50,591 bases of DNA, from positions 191,602-242,192 of the forward strand of contig NW_019217874.1 in NCBI RefSeq assembly GCF_002571385.2. The letters are read 5' to 3'. Every line of letters starts with the position of its first letter. The stretch's first letter is position 1. The notes under the pieces were generated by a model. The model had not been told where the DNA came from, made no database searches, and saw only the letters and a list, made by a program, of their open reading frames with translations. The position numbers and the translations under genes are program-made. Positions 32,860-44,131 of this stretch are shown here, piece after piece. The DNA comes from Stylophora pistillata. Taxonomy: Eukaryota.

Positions 32860-35719
32860 TTGAATCTGATGCATCTAGGCATTTTTATTGACTTAAAAGA
32901 ACTCTATGAAGCACACTTAACTAAATGGTGTGTGACTTGGTTTTAGGTGGTGTATCAAATTGCTTCGTGTGTTGAAGTTAGCAGAAAAAATAGGCCTCTT
33001 CCATTGTCTATACTTTTATAATTTCTTTTTAAAGGAAAACATGGAAATACTGAAATGCAACTTGGTAATCTTCTTTTGCTCTTTGTATGCATCCATCAAT
33101 TATTATCTTTTTCAAGCATGGAAAGGCCCATCCCCTGTGGTTACTCTTGCTTTAGTTACCAAACTAATTTAATTTCATGTTTAATAATAAAAAAAAAGAT
33201 AAGAAACAACTTTGTAACATATTTTATGGTTTGCTTTCCTCCCCTGTTATGTTGTGGCATTTGTGCTTCCTTGCATGGAAAGCCCAGATGAAAAGGGGAA
33301 CTGAGAATTTGTGCAATGACTGGAGAAGTAAGAGCATTAAGAGTGTATTATGAATGGAATAAACTATTTAGATGATTATCTCTCAAAATAGTAACATGAA
33401 GAACCCAAAAATGAATGATGAATCTGTGAAGATTCATAGTCGAGACAAATCATTACCAAATTAAATTGTATGTTGAAGTTAAGGTTTAGATACTCCCTGC
33501 AGAGTAGAGAACAATATGAATGACTGCATGCAGATATGCAGAGCTAAATCAAGCATGCAACCTTATTGTTGTCCTTTATTCTTATCACCATTTATGGTAA
33601 GTTCAATTAAAGAGATTTCGCGTATAATCGTTTTCATGCGAATGTAAATTAGTGCACCTAAATTAAGGTCACTTCCCACCAGTAGATGCTGACTAAATTG
33701 GAGTCACATTTTAACTTTACGAAAAAACAAAAATCCCTTATTGCGTGCGAGTTATTTAGAAGAACGTATTTTCAAATTTCAATAAATCTGGAAGGTGTGA
33801 CAATCTCGTACCTGGGTGAGTCCCCTGGGGGTATTCTCGTGGCAAGGACTCTTTTTCATGTTTTCTGCATACTTGATGAAAGCGACTGATACTTTGCTCC
33901 ACGCTGGCGTTCAGATGTCGTATAAAGAAGTCTCCGTCAAAACAAAATTTTTCGTTTATTAAGTTAAAAACGAGGTTACCAGCCTTGATACAAAAACATT
34001 CACAAGCGCCTCGAATCCAGTTTTTCCATTTTTGCTGCGGGTTTTTCCGTTGCCTTTGACAACTTTGCCCATTTTTGTGTCGTTCTCCTCAACGCGCCAC
34101 CGAGCGATTGGGATAAAAAAAGAAAAAAACGCGTCTGCAATGCGTTACTTTCCCGGGAAATCTTGATTCGTCGTCATTGCGCTTCACGCCTTATCGGGTC
34201 CTGACGCTTTTTATTGGGAAAACTCGCTGAAATTATATTATTATCGAAAACTTCATAGTTTGCTAGGATTTTAGTGATGCTGACGCGCGTACGTATTTCT
34301 TCCGAAGGACATCCACGTAGGTGGGAGGTAATAGCGCTAAACTGGTAGATTCTATGCAGTAGCTAATGTTTTATCGGTGGAACATCAAACCAACAAAATT
34401 CCAGATCACATTGTAGACCATCAACGAATCCTTTTTCCTTGACACGTGTTTCGGTTTCAGGCGAAGGTTCATACAGGTCACTGGTCTTTTATGGGCTCAG
34501 CGCTGACTCCCAAACAACTGGCTTCCCCATAATCTTTCAATAGCTGAGAAAAATAGGTGTTTTTAGAGAACCTATAAATTTATAATTATTTATTATTCTT
34601 GAGGATTCTAACTTTTGAAGAGCTCAACTTCTTCTCGGTTGTTTCTCATTTCGGTCTGCCACTTCCGGATCCTCGCTGTCTGCCTACTCCATGGGTCACT
34701 ATTTTACTTCAGAAGAAGTTGTTTCTAGTAGGGCCTGAATCGTCGGTACAGCGCCAGGAAGAAGTACTTTTTTGGTTTTTAAGGCCCATTTCAACCATGT
34801 AGCTTTTCCCGTAACAATCGGGAGAAAATTGACTGGTATAAGCAACAGAATGTTCGGAAGGCTCGACGACATCGGCTCTTCTCAATTGAACAAATTTGCA
34901 CCTTTCGGAAATTTATGCCCGATTTTGTTTGAATTGGTACAAAACTGAGCGACAATGCTTTACCATCATGAAAAAATTGAATATATTCAAACAGATTGTA
35001 AGCACAAAAATCGTGACGAGACCGGCAAAGAACGGCTTCGAAAAAGACTTGCACGTATTTCAAGTACGTATTTCAAGTATTACACGTAGTACCATACTAA
35101 CTATGTAAAAATTTTTGACCGCCAGTACCGCAAAGTGCCACAAACAGCTTTGTGAATAGAAAATGAACGTTTTTGGGGCTTACACATAGTACCATACTAA
35201 CTATGGCTTAAATGCCCTTTAAACTGTGTTCTCAGGAAAGGCATCTACATGGGCAGTAGCTGCTCAACCATTCCCAAATTATCATGCGTACATTGGTAAT
35301 ATAACCCTGGCTGGAGGGAACCAAAGTAAGGTTTGGTAAAAATGGGACCAACAAGATGGCAAGACGTAACTTGACTCAAACATGATCAATTTAAGAGAGA
35401 TTGTCTTCTAGAAAGAACCTTTCTGTTACAACTGGACCCTTTGAAAAGTCAACATCTAAGGCCTGATACTAAATCATCAAATTTACTTTCAACAAGATTT
35501 TCCAAGTTTTAAAGAATGTCTAAAGGAAGTGAAACTCTATTAACTGCTTTTCAGCCCATTGATACTGATAAAAGATTTGTGCATGAGCAAAATTAACAAA
35601 ATGTTCACAAGATGTTGTATTCTACCTTGTACCTTACCTTTCATGGTAGAATAGAGGGGCCTCTGAATTTGTGTAAGCCAGTTGAAAATGAGTCATGGTT
35701 TCTGGACAGAAAAACAATT

Positions 35720-36691
35720 TTAAGAATGTTTGTTAGCAAGGCTGGCCACAGCCTCAACAAATTTGTAGTAGTTGTACTTGATATCATATTCCATATCATA
35801 CCAAAAATTGACTGCAATGCACCCATGAGATTGTTGAACATGATGAAACCATAAGGAAGGTAGATACAACATCTCCCCTGCAGTCACTACACATGTGACA
35901 GGGTTAGCTTTTGCATAGTTTGGATATTTATTCAGATCTGGATTCAATGGATCAATAGCAATCCAGGGCACTTTTTGTTTTAGTGCTGCTTCTGTAAAGT
36001 TCTCAACAATTTCGTCCACAATTTCAAAATCACCATTATTGCTAGCTTTATATCTGGCTGGGGAGTATAATTCATAAGGAATCAAAGGCAAGTCACTTGG
36101 TGGTAACAATGTGAAAACTTTAGAACCAGAAATCACGCAATATAAATTTTCATAATGATCTTTGTGCATCGAGGTGACAGCTCTTTTGTCTCCCATCCAA
36201 AAGTTGACTGCATCAGGGTTTTTATCAAATGCCTCTGTTGCCCAAGGTATATCACATGCAGCTTCTTCGCATAATTCTTTAAAATCGCTCGTTAAGTTAG
36301 AATTTTGCTTCTGAACGTAAAATATCCCTTGTTCTTTAGATTTTCCTTCAAGAATGTCTAGAAACTTGGAGAATTCCATCTCCCGTTCTTCCGGCATGAC
36401 GAACTTATCTCCCACTACGGCATCCGCGTATCCATTAGGTGTGACCGCAACAGTTACGGTCCTGTGTCCAATTTTCTGTCTCAAATAATCGCTATTCCAT
36501 TTTTCAAGCGCTGGCCAATGATTGAACGCGTTTTTTATGATAACTGGAACATTTGGGCTCACCCAGTCCCTCAAAAATTCCAAGGGAGTCGGAGGTTTTC
36601 CAAGCCTTGGCACCTCTAAATTAAGATAAAGTTCTTTCGCTTCGACTGATAAGTTTTCTAGCGCTTCTGATAACCTATTTACCGAGGCCAT
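35720..36691 (-). CDS. JMJD7: JmjC domain-containing protein 7 (lysyl hydroxylase), intronless CDS, 323 aa
   Basis: [44 protein letters not shown] (HxD) and [28 protein letters not shown]. Confidence 0.95.
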   Translation of the reverse strand: MASVNRLSEALENLSVEAKELYLNLEVPRLGKPPTPLEFLRDWVSPNVPVIIKNAFNHWPALEKWNSDYLRQKIGHRTVTVAVTPNGYADAVVGDKFVMPEEREMEFSKFLDILEGKSKEQGIFYVQKQNSNLTSDFKELCEEAACDIPWATEAFDKNPDAVNFWMGDKRAVTSMHKDHYENLYCVISGSKVFTLLPPSDLPLIPYELYSPARYKASNNGDFEIVDEIVENFTEAALKQKVPWIAIDPLNPDLNKYPNYAKANPVTCVVTAGEMLYLPSLWFHHVQQSHGCIAVNFWYDMEYDIKYNYYKFVEAVASLANKHS

Positions 36692-36850
36692 TTTGTCGGA
36701 AAGGCCAAAGCATAATTTTTAGACGTTGTCCGCCATAATGAACGTAAAGCTTGGTTACCAAGTTGATAAGTTCCCAGGAATCCTCAGCCTAATTTTATTC
36801 TACATTCCTTCCCTTCGTTGAGATTTATTGCGTCTCTTGCTGGAGTAATT

Positions 36851-37453
36851 ATGCTTCTAATTCTTTCTGAGCAGCAAAAAGAACATTTGAAGTTCTTGAC
36901 ATCTTTGGAACTCGATATAGTCCTTGAGTTTGCCCGAATATCCCTGGATTCTATTCTCAAAGGCTCTTCGAATCCCAAAATCTTCCAAGCGGCTGCTCAA
37001 AAGCTCGGCGTTGAGGTGGACACGGTGAAAAATGGAATTAGTGGTTTGCAAAATGTCTTCACAGAGAGTTCTCGCTTGATGGTTGGTCAAATTGACTTTC
37101 AGGATTCCATTATGACACTTGGTTTCTCCGAAGAAATGATCGGTGCTTTGTTGAAGATGTATTTGGAAAATCGCAAAGAAATTAGGAACATCTTGGGAGA
37201 GATGAGCTTGCGAACCGCACATTACCACGATCTGGAATGGAGATTTGATGTAGAGCTTGCCAGCAGGTCACTGCAGCATCAGACAAACCCTGTGATCATT
37301 ATGAGGTTACATACAAAACGGGGAGAGAAGAAGTCCGCAGACATACTTCAAACTGATCCAGTGAACTTGATTCATCTTACTTCAGAGTTGGAAAACGCAA
37401 TGCAGGAAATGAAAACTGCTCACTGCCGAAGAATTGTTCGAAATATAAAATGA
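36851..37453 (+). CDS. COMMD2: COMM domain-containing protein 2, intronless CDS, 200 aa
   Basis: The N-terminus MLLILSEQQKEHLKFL, the COMM domain YHDLEWRFDVELASRSL...LQTDPVNLIHL and the C-terminus MKTAHCRRIVRNIK all match COMMD2. The ATG at 36851 is preferred over the upstream TTG. Confidence 0.95.
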   Translation: MLLILSEQQKEHLKFLTSLELDIVLEFARISLDSILKGSSNPKIFQAAAQKLGVEVDTVKNGISGLQNVFTESSRLMVGQIDFQDSIMTLGFSEEMIGALLKMYLENRKEIRNILGEMSLRTAHYHDLEWRFDVELASRSLQHQTNPVIIMRLHTKRGEKKSADILQTDPVNLIHLTSELENAMQEMKTAHCRRIVRNIK

Positions 37454-37912
37454 ACTACTGAAATGAATTGATAGCCAGCCCAAAAGACCCATGCTTTTAT
37501 TCTCGTACTCAATTCCAGGGAATGCCTCCCTTCAAGGGTTGGGATGTGTGGGAAGAGGGGAAGGCTGTTTCTAAATACACCTGCACAAGTATGCTCACCC
37601 CTAACTGCCTTCAGAAAACTAAGCAGTGTCCACAAATTTCTCTGTGGGCTAGTGGTAACCACTTGGGATTAACTCCAAATGATATCCTTGAAAATTTGTT
37701 ATTCTTTTAACCTGTTTACTTAGCAGTGAATTAAAATTTGAATGAAGATTTAGCCAATAATCACTCTTGAGAATCAAAGGGATGTAACCCACTGTACCTC
37801 CATTTTCTATAACTGGCTTGGGTTATTTTCTTTTTTAAGGGTTACCTTTGTGATCAAAAGTGGCCTTTGTTGGATAGGGATGTGGATCTAAGGGTACCAC
37901 CCACCCCACCTA

Positions 37913-38518
37913 AAGGAGGGGGCATTGGGGTCTAATCTAATCTAAATGTCTAATTTGCAAAGGGTGATACAGCCCATCCATCCAGGGAAGGATATCCACC
38001 ACACTGATCTTGTGCATGGGAAATGAACCATCTCCTACCCCTAACCCTGCAGGGGATGGGACCTATGGTTTCTTTGTCCTTATCCAAGAAGACTAGAATC
38101 ATCAGAAACCGCAAAAAATTCGATCAAGACTGAAAACTGCTTGCAAAACCTTCTAAACCAACAAATTTGAACATCTCAGTTGTCAAAATCCTAATTGATC
38201 TGATACTATGGTTACAAGAGGAGCAACATAGGTTTCGCAGCTATTCAAGATCAGTAGAGGCACATGACTGCTGCTCAGATTAAAGAGAAACTGGAACCCC
38301 AATATGAAAAAGCGAAAAAGCACATCAGTTACCAAATCCGAGTACCTGTCAAAATTTAGACGAAAACCGAAAACCAAATGCTGAAAAGAGAAAATCTGCA
38401 AAACGCAATGACCAGCAAAACCGAAAAACTGAAGGTTATTTTTGGCACAAAAACCGCAAAAACCAGTCTAAAAAATGGCCAAAACCACAAAATTACAAAC
38501 CTCAATGCCCCCCTCCTC
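37913..38518. mobile_element. TA-flanked MITE with GGAGGGGGCATTG TIRs; related partial copy near 12030-12270
   Basis: Inverted termini lie at 37913-37931 and 38499-38518. The internal AAAACTGCTTGCAAAAC..TCTAAACCAACAA is shared with 12121-12154. A probable SINE fragment sits inside at ~38050-38100. Confidence 0.5.
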
Positions 38519-38725
38519 TAGTAAAACCAACTAGAAGACACAAGTTTGACAGATCCATTCTACATAGCTTTCAACATTTTTTTTCCTCTTTGAACTCCCT
38601 GAAATGACAAATGTTTTCTCTCTATGAACTTATTGTGTAGCAGATTAGGGTTTTATATTTAATGCTTCTTTAGATTGATGTTAGCAGTTGACTGCTTTGC
38701 TAGGCCAGCTGAGAGAATCATGGTA

Positions 38726-38756
<31 letters not shown>

Positions 38757-40620
38757 AGGCAGCCAGCGCCCCTATTATTGTCTGTACTATTATTATAAAT
38801 TTTTCTTTCTTGTATATTTTGGGGTGAANAAATAAAGTTGTTGTCGTTGTTGGTAAAATAGTATCCACTGAATATTGTGCAAGATAATGGTAGGGCTTAT
38901 CATGATTGTAAAAATGGAAAGGAAATATGAGCCAAAAAAGCAGTTAAATATACCAAAGCCCTCTATTGTTTTTAAGGTATTAAAAGGTATCTCAATTTGT
39001 TAATTCTCAGTCTTTTACCCTTTCAATTTATTTGATGAACTACATACAGAAGTTCCATTTTTAACTACTAACTTGGATCACATTGTATTCAGTGAGATCA
39101 TGGTTCAAAACACTGCACAATCCAGAAAGTTATGGTATCTGTTTTTAAGTTTTCATTATGTTACTATTGTCCTCTACTCAGATGTCATCACCAACAAATA
39201 AACAATTTTTGGACATGGTTCAGCAAAATATAGTGACTTCTTAATGGCAGACATACTATTTACAAAAGAGGAAAACTTAGACGTATAACAGATGAGTGTG
39301 ATACGGACAAATCACAATATTTCAAAATGATCCTGTTCAATAGTTTATGGAGTTTGTTTTCATAATTATTTTGAGGGTTGCCAAATCTGAAGGTATATGG
39401 AGGTGATCTGCTATTTTCCACAGATGTTCATAAGCAGAATATTCTTTGGAGCAAAACATAGTTTGCACATGGGCAACATCAATTTGTGGGCAGTTATTTG
39501 CAGGTCAAATGGTGGGTCCTTGGCCACTGAACCAGAAAATATGCACATCTTGATAATCCACTTTGCTGCTCACCTGTTTTGATGTTGTGGCAGCAAACAC
39601 AATCACACAAACTGTTAACAGTCTAAAGTTTCAGTATAACTCAGTTTTTCTTGAATCAGTTACAACTGATAGATAACAATAAAAATAAGTTTAAATAATC
39701 AATCAGCTTTTTTCCAAACAGCCGCCTTCTTATGAATAGAACCTACCTGTAAGATTAGTTTTTTACAATAACCCTAACTTACTCTGAGAACGAGAAACAG
39801 TCATTCTCCTGCCTCATAATCTCGCACATTGACATGATGTTAATTCAGGTTCTCTCAAAAATACTCTGGAAAATAATCATCCATGGATCTATTTACAAAG
39901 GTCATAAAAGACCGGCCAGCCACTCCTTAGTTACACCTTGATATTACTCAAAATTTCTCAGGTTGCAACCAAATTCTGACAAACGACTCTACTTCTTAAA
40001 AAAAACCCTCTATCAAGTGGACTCCCCAGTATAGACAAAGTACAGTAAATCTTGGCTGTAATCCTTTCCCTCCCATGATGTTGTTAGTGATTCTCCTTAC
40101 TGTCTGCCATATAATTCTTATATGGCAAGTTTGGAGAATTTGGTATTAGATCAACTAATAATCCCTTAATTGATATTTTTCTTTATTCTCATGGCTTGTT
40201 TACCTGATTTTGTAATGAGAAAATCTATCTTGGTCACTCATGGGAATTAAAGGGTCAAAGTGATCAGGTGACAGAAGCTGATGTATGTGATACAATCTCC
40301 TGTTCCCAGTCACACAAACATTGGTGTTTTTTTTACTGAAGCTAAGCCTTACAAAAGAAAATCAGATTCGTTTGGAGAACTCTACGTTCTCATATTGATA
40401 GGGACATGGTCCAGACTATCCTAAACATTCTGAATTATCCCCATCACTTTTCATATAAGTTTTTTTTAAGAGAGTCAAGGATTGCTACTTGAGTGTGCTA
40501 CCATACCACTATTCAACTGTGGAATCCCTGTTGCATAATATCTTAGTTCTGCTGCTTAGTCAAGACTTCTTGCTATTGTTCTCACTGGAAGTAGAATTTC
40601 AGTTTAAAATGCAGACGTTC

Positions 40621-41349
40621 TCCTCCACTGTTTTTGAAAATATCACTTAAAATGCTCTTTAAGTGTCCAAAAGTAGATTTTTCAGAGAGAAAAATGTTCT
40701 CTCCCCTTAGTTTTTTTTTTTGGCCTCTCAAAAGAGGCCTTCATGACCAGTTCGAAAGTTCCGCGGTCACCATTTTGATTGGTGCGCAAGGCTCTCTGGG
40801 GTGATGACGTAAAATGGTTGCTCGATTCCCTTGCCCTTGGTAAAATTGGTAGCAAAATGCCGCATTGCGTTGCTTTTGAGTGTAGTATTCAAGCTAAAAA
40901 CAGGAAAGGGGTAAGTCTTTTCAAAGCAATGCTGTTCGAAGTGCTTCGAACACAGACGCAAGTCTTTGGGCAAGGATGTCCTTCCAACAGCATGAATCCA
41001 AGCTCGTTGAATCGCTGCATCATTCGGAAAATTGTGGAAATGAATTTCGGGATCGTTTTTCCTGTTTTTAGCTTGAATACTACACTCAAAAGCAACGCAA
41101 TGCAGCATTTTGCTACCAATTTTACCGAGGGCAAGGGAATCGAGCAACCATTTTACATCATCACCCCAGAGAGCCTTGCACGCCGATCAAAATGGCGACC
41201 GCGGGACATTCGAACTGGTCACGAAGGCCTCTTTTGAGAGGCCAAAACATAAAATCTAAGGGGATAGAACATTTTTCTGTCCAAAAAATCTACTTTCGGA
41301 CAGTTAAAGAGAATTTTAAGGGATACTTTCAAAAACAGTGGAGGATCCT
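40621..41349. mobile_element. Fold-back element made of two inverted 5' ends of a THAP transposon (Kolobok-like)
   Basis: The arms 40621-40907 and 41058-41345 are inverted copies. The right end reads TTAA-AGGATCCTCCAC on (-). Each arm includes the THAP start codon. Confidence 0.75.
40767..41108 (-). CDS. THAP-domain mini-ORF (113 aa), transposon-derived; expression unknown
   Basis: MLHCVAFEC...FHNFP...RAWIHAVGR...LRLCSKHFEQHCF keeps the C2CH ligands and the conserved P, W and F. Confidence 0.55.
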   Translation of the reverse strand: MLHCVAFECSIQAKNRKNDPEIHFHNFPNDAAIQRAWIHAVGRTSLPKDLRLCSKHFEQHCFEKTYPFPVFSLNTTLKSNAMRHFATNFTKGKGIEQPFYVITPESLAHQSKW

Positions 41350-41705
41350 TTAAAATAAGTTCAATTAGGCAAATTTGTTTTCCATGCTACTTTTTACATA
41401 GTGTAAGAGAAACATATATTTTTGGGTTTACATGCCCTTAAAGATCAAGACAGGTGGAAACTTGAGTATTACAGAAGAATGTTGAAGACTTTTGGGGGCT
41501 TACACGACTACAATTTACAAATCGTTTATTTTACTCCTCCCACCACTCTTCCCTCTGCCTCTCTGTACCTGATGACAGTCTTGACAGCTGTTCTCCACTT
41601 GCTCCTATCTGTGGCCAGTGCTTCCCAATTAGCTGGGTTGATTACCCCTGTCTTCAGAGTGAGGTGTTATTGTTTCCTGTTTGTTGATGAACCATTTCCA
41701 ATATT

Positions 41706-41936
41706 CAGATACAATGAAATATATGAAGTTCATATATTTGCGGTATTAGATACATATGATACATGATCCTCGCAGTAGATAGCGCTATTTAAGCAATAGC
41801 GAAAAACAGACCTGACCGCTGCACTAGTATCGCAGAGGTCAGTGGTTCGAATCCCGTACAGGCCTGATTTTTTTCAGGTCTGTTTTTCGCTATTGCTTAA
41901 ATAGCGCTATCTACTGCAAGGATCATGTATCATATG
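41706..41936. mobile_element. Short internally inverted insertion of the tRNA-like element, with a 13-bp TSD
   Basis: CATTTCCAATATT lies at 41693-41705 and 41937-41949. The inversion junction is at ~41816, and both arms match the 250-bp unit. Confidence 0.85.
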
Positions 41937-42035
41937 CATTTCCAATATTATTCTAAATATATGTTTGACCTTTTGACTAAAGAGTGAAAAGTCAGTGCTG
42001 TCTCATCAGTTACACAATCTTTCGCATCATATTGC

Positions 42036-43685
42036 TTACTCACTTTCCTCACCAGATCTATTGTCCATTTCCATGCTGATATCATTGTCTTCTTTCATGT
42101 CTGTGTTGACCTCAATTGTTAGCTGTTCAAGAGTTTCACCCAGCATGTGAACACTAAAAGTATCCTCTCGTTGAATTCCAAGTGCCTTATGGAAATAGCC
42201 TATTGCTTCATGGTGATTTCCTAAGAGACTACTGACAAAGCCAAGGGCAGAGAAAGTGGAAGCCTTGTTTGGAACAAGAACAAGTGCTTGCTTGTGGTAT
42301 CGTAATGCTTCTTGGTATCTCCCTAGCTTGCGGCAAGCGTGGCCAAGGTTACTAAGCAGAGTTTCCCAAGTTTCTGAGAGAACTTCCCCGCTAGTGATCT
42401 GCGCTTTCTGGAGAGCTGCCTTGAAGTTCTTTTCTGCTGAAAGATAATCTCCATTTTGAAAGGCAATCACACCCATTTCCTGCTTCACAAAAGGATCATC
42501 TGGTGAAAGAATTAAAGCCTGTTCAAAAAACCTTTCAGCCAGTTTTGCATTATTGGTTTTTCCATACTCCAGGCCAATATAGAGAAGAGGCAGATGGCAT
42601 CTTGGCATCAGCTTAGATGCTGTGAAGTAAGCTGCCATTGCTTGATCATGCTCTCCTTCTGCAGCAAAAGCATGCCCAAATGCAAGCCATGCTGGTCCAT
42701 AAACTCGTTCCAGACTGGTAGCTTTGCTAAAGTACCTCCTAGCCTGCTCATACTTTTCAATAACATAGTAATAGCAGCCAACTGCATACCAAGCGACTGC
42801 CTTATGGGGATAGTTATCAACCAGCTTATGTCCAAGGTAAAACAATTCATTCATTTTCTTCAGTTCTACCAGGCAGGTGATATGAATGGGCAAGCAAGCT
42901 TCATGATAAGGATCAGACATCAGGACAGCAGATGTCATCTTGTATGACTGATGGTAACTGCAGTTGTAAAAGTGCCGCTCAGCCATTCCAGCGACTACAT
43001 CCAGGTTGTCATACAAGCTTTCCAAACCAGGAGGTAGCTTCGGGTCAACTGGTTTGCAGTACCTTTTCATCTTTCCTTCGTACAAGAATTTCAACAAATC
43101 AACCTCTTCAGGCATGCATTGCTCCGAGAAAGGCAGAGAAGAAAGCAATTCTCGTTCTTCTTTATCGGTCAGCATGTGATGAGAAACAAGTAGATCAAAC
43201 GCTTCAAAACAGCGCACGTCATTTTTGAGGGCATCTTTGAAACAATCTGTGGCTAAAGCTCGGTTATCCATAGCCTCATACACGACTCCTTTCAACAAAC
43301 AAACTGCACTTTCGAGCTTTTTCGTTCCGCCGACAAAGCAAATCTCCGCTAGATCCTTTTCTGTCGGCTCCTTTTGCTCCATGTCCAGAACTTCTAGAGC
43401 TTCCTGCCATTGTTTACATTCTGCATGGCACTTGGCGGCCAGATAGCGGCATGCTAGGCTCGTCTGAAGAACGCCTCCACGGCTTCTAAGCACGTGTGAA
43501 GCTCGATGGAATTGAGCAGTTAGAAATAAAGTCTGGGCAAGCCAGTATACATCTTGGATGTCTCCATTAGACAGGGATACAGCTTTATCTGCCCAAAACA
43601 AAGCCGTTTTGTACAAATGCATGTCTATATATTGACGAACAAGGTTTCGAAGTTGAGAGATATCAACCTTCCCGCCAGTCGCCAT
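42036..43685 (-). CDS. CDC16: Anaphase-promoting complex subunit CDC16/APC6 (TPR repeats), intronless CDS, ~549 aa
   Basis: LRNLVRQYID..YKTALFWADK, WYAVGCYY, FSKATSLERVYGPAWLAFGHAFAAEGEHDQAMAAYFTA and LSNLGHACRKL. The likely start is MATGGK at 43685 (AAGATGGCG context), not the ORF-track TTG at 43835. Confidence 0.95.
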   Translation of the reverse strand: MATGGKVDISQLRNLVRQYIDMHLYKTALFWADKAVSLSNGDIQDVYWLAQTLFLTAQFHRASHVLRSRGGVLQTSLACRYLAAKCHAECKQWQEALEVLDMEQKEPTEKDLAEICFVGGTKKLESAVCLLKGVVYEAMDNRALATDCFKDALKNDVRCFEAFDLLVSHHMLTDKEERELLSSLPFSEQCMPEEVDLLKFLYEGKMKRYCKPVDPKLPPGLESLYDNLDVVAGMAERHFYNCSYHQSYKMTSAVLMSDPYHEACLPIHITCLVELKKMNELFYLGHKLVDNYPHKAVAWYAVGCYYYVIEKYEQARRYFSKATSLERVYGPAWLAFGHAFAAEGEHDQAMAAYFTASKLMPRCHLPLLYIGLEYGKTNNAKLAERFFEQALILSPDDPFVKQEMGVIAFQNGDYLSAEKNFKAALQKAQITSGEVLSETWETLLSNLGHACRKLGRYQEALRYHKQALVLVPNKASTFSALGFVSSLLGNHHEAIGYFHKALGIQREDTFSVHMLGETLEQLTIEVNTDMKEDNDISMEMDNRSGEESE

Positions 43686-44131
43686 CTTGGATTTTTGGGG
43701 AATACCGCTTAAATGTTGTGAATTTACCTTGGCGCAAATTTCTTTTGTGGGGGTGGGGAGAGGGGAGTCAAAAAATATTGATTCACTAATTTGGTTATCT
43801 TTTAGTCCTTTGATTTTGGATTCCCTCTTAATCAAATTAAGATACCTTATGTATGGTGCTGCATTTTCGATATTTCAATTCAACTCTCAATCTTTGATTC
43901 GTTATTGATTCGTTCCTTTTAGATTTTGTCACCTCTCCCCACAGGACAATTTGACTAAACTGCGACTGCGGAGAAAATGGCCGCGAATTGAAGTGGAATG
44001 TAATTGTTAGGCAGTTTTCCCCTTAATTTCTTCGCGGCCGTGTCCTTATGAGGATTTTGTTCACCATATGTTACGAGATATCGGCTAGTTTCTGCTGAGC
44101 TGTGGTTGTTACAACTCGAGGCTTTCCAATC

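Noticed and set aside
40779-41237. 152-aa plus-strand ORF as a gene
   Set aside because: It is the mirror product of the palindrome and has only the first two THAP cysteines.
43686-43835. 50-aa N-terminal extension of CDC16 in the ORF track
   Set aside because: It starts at a non-ATG codon. Homology begins just after the ATG at 43685.
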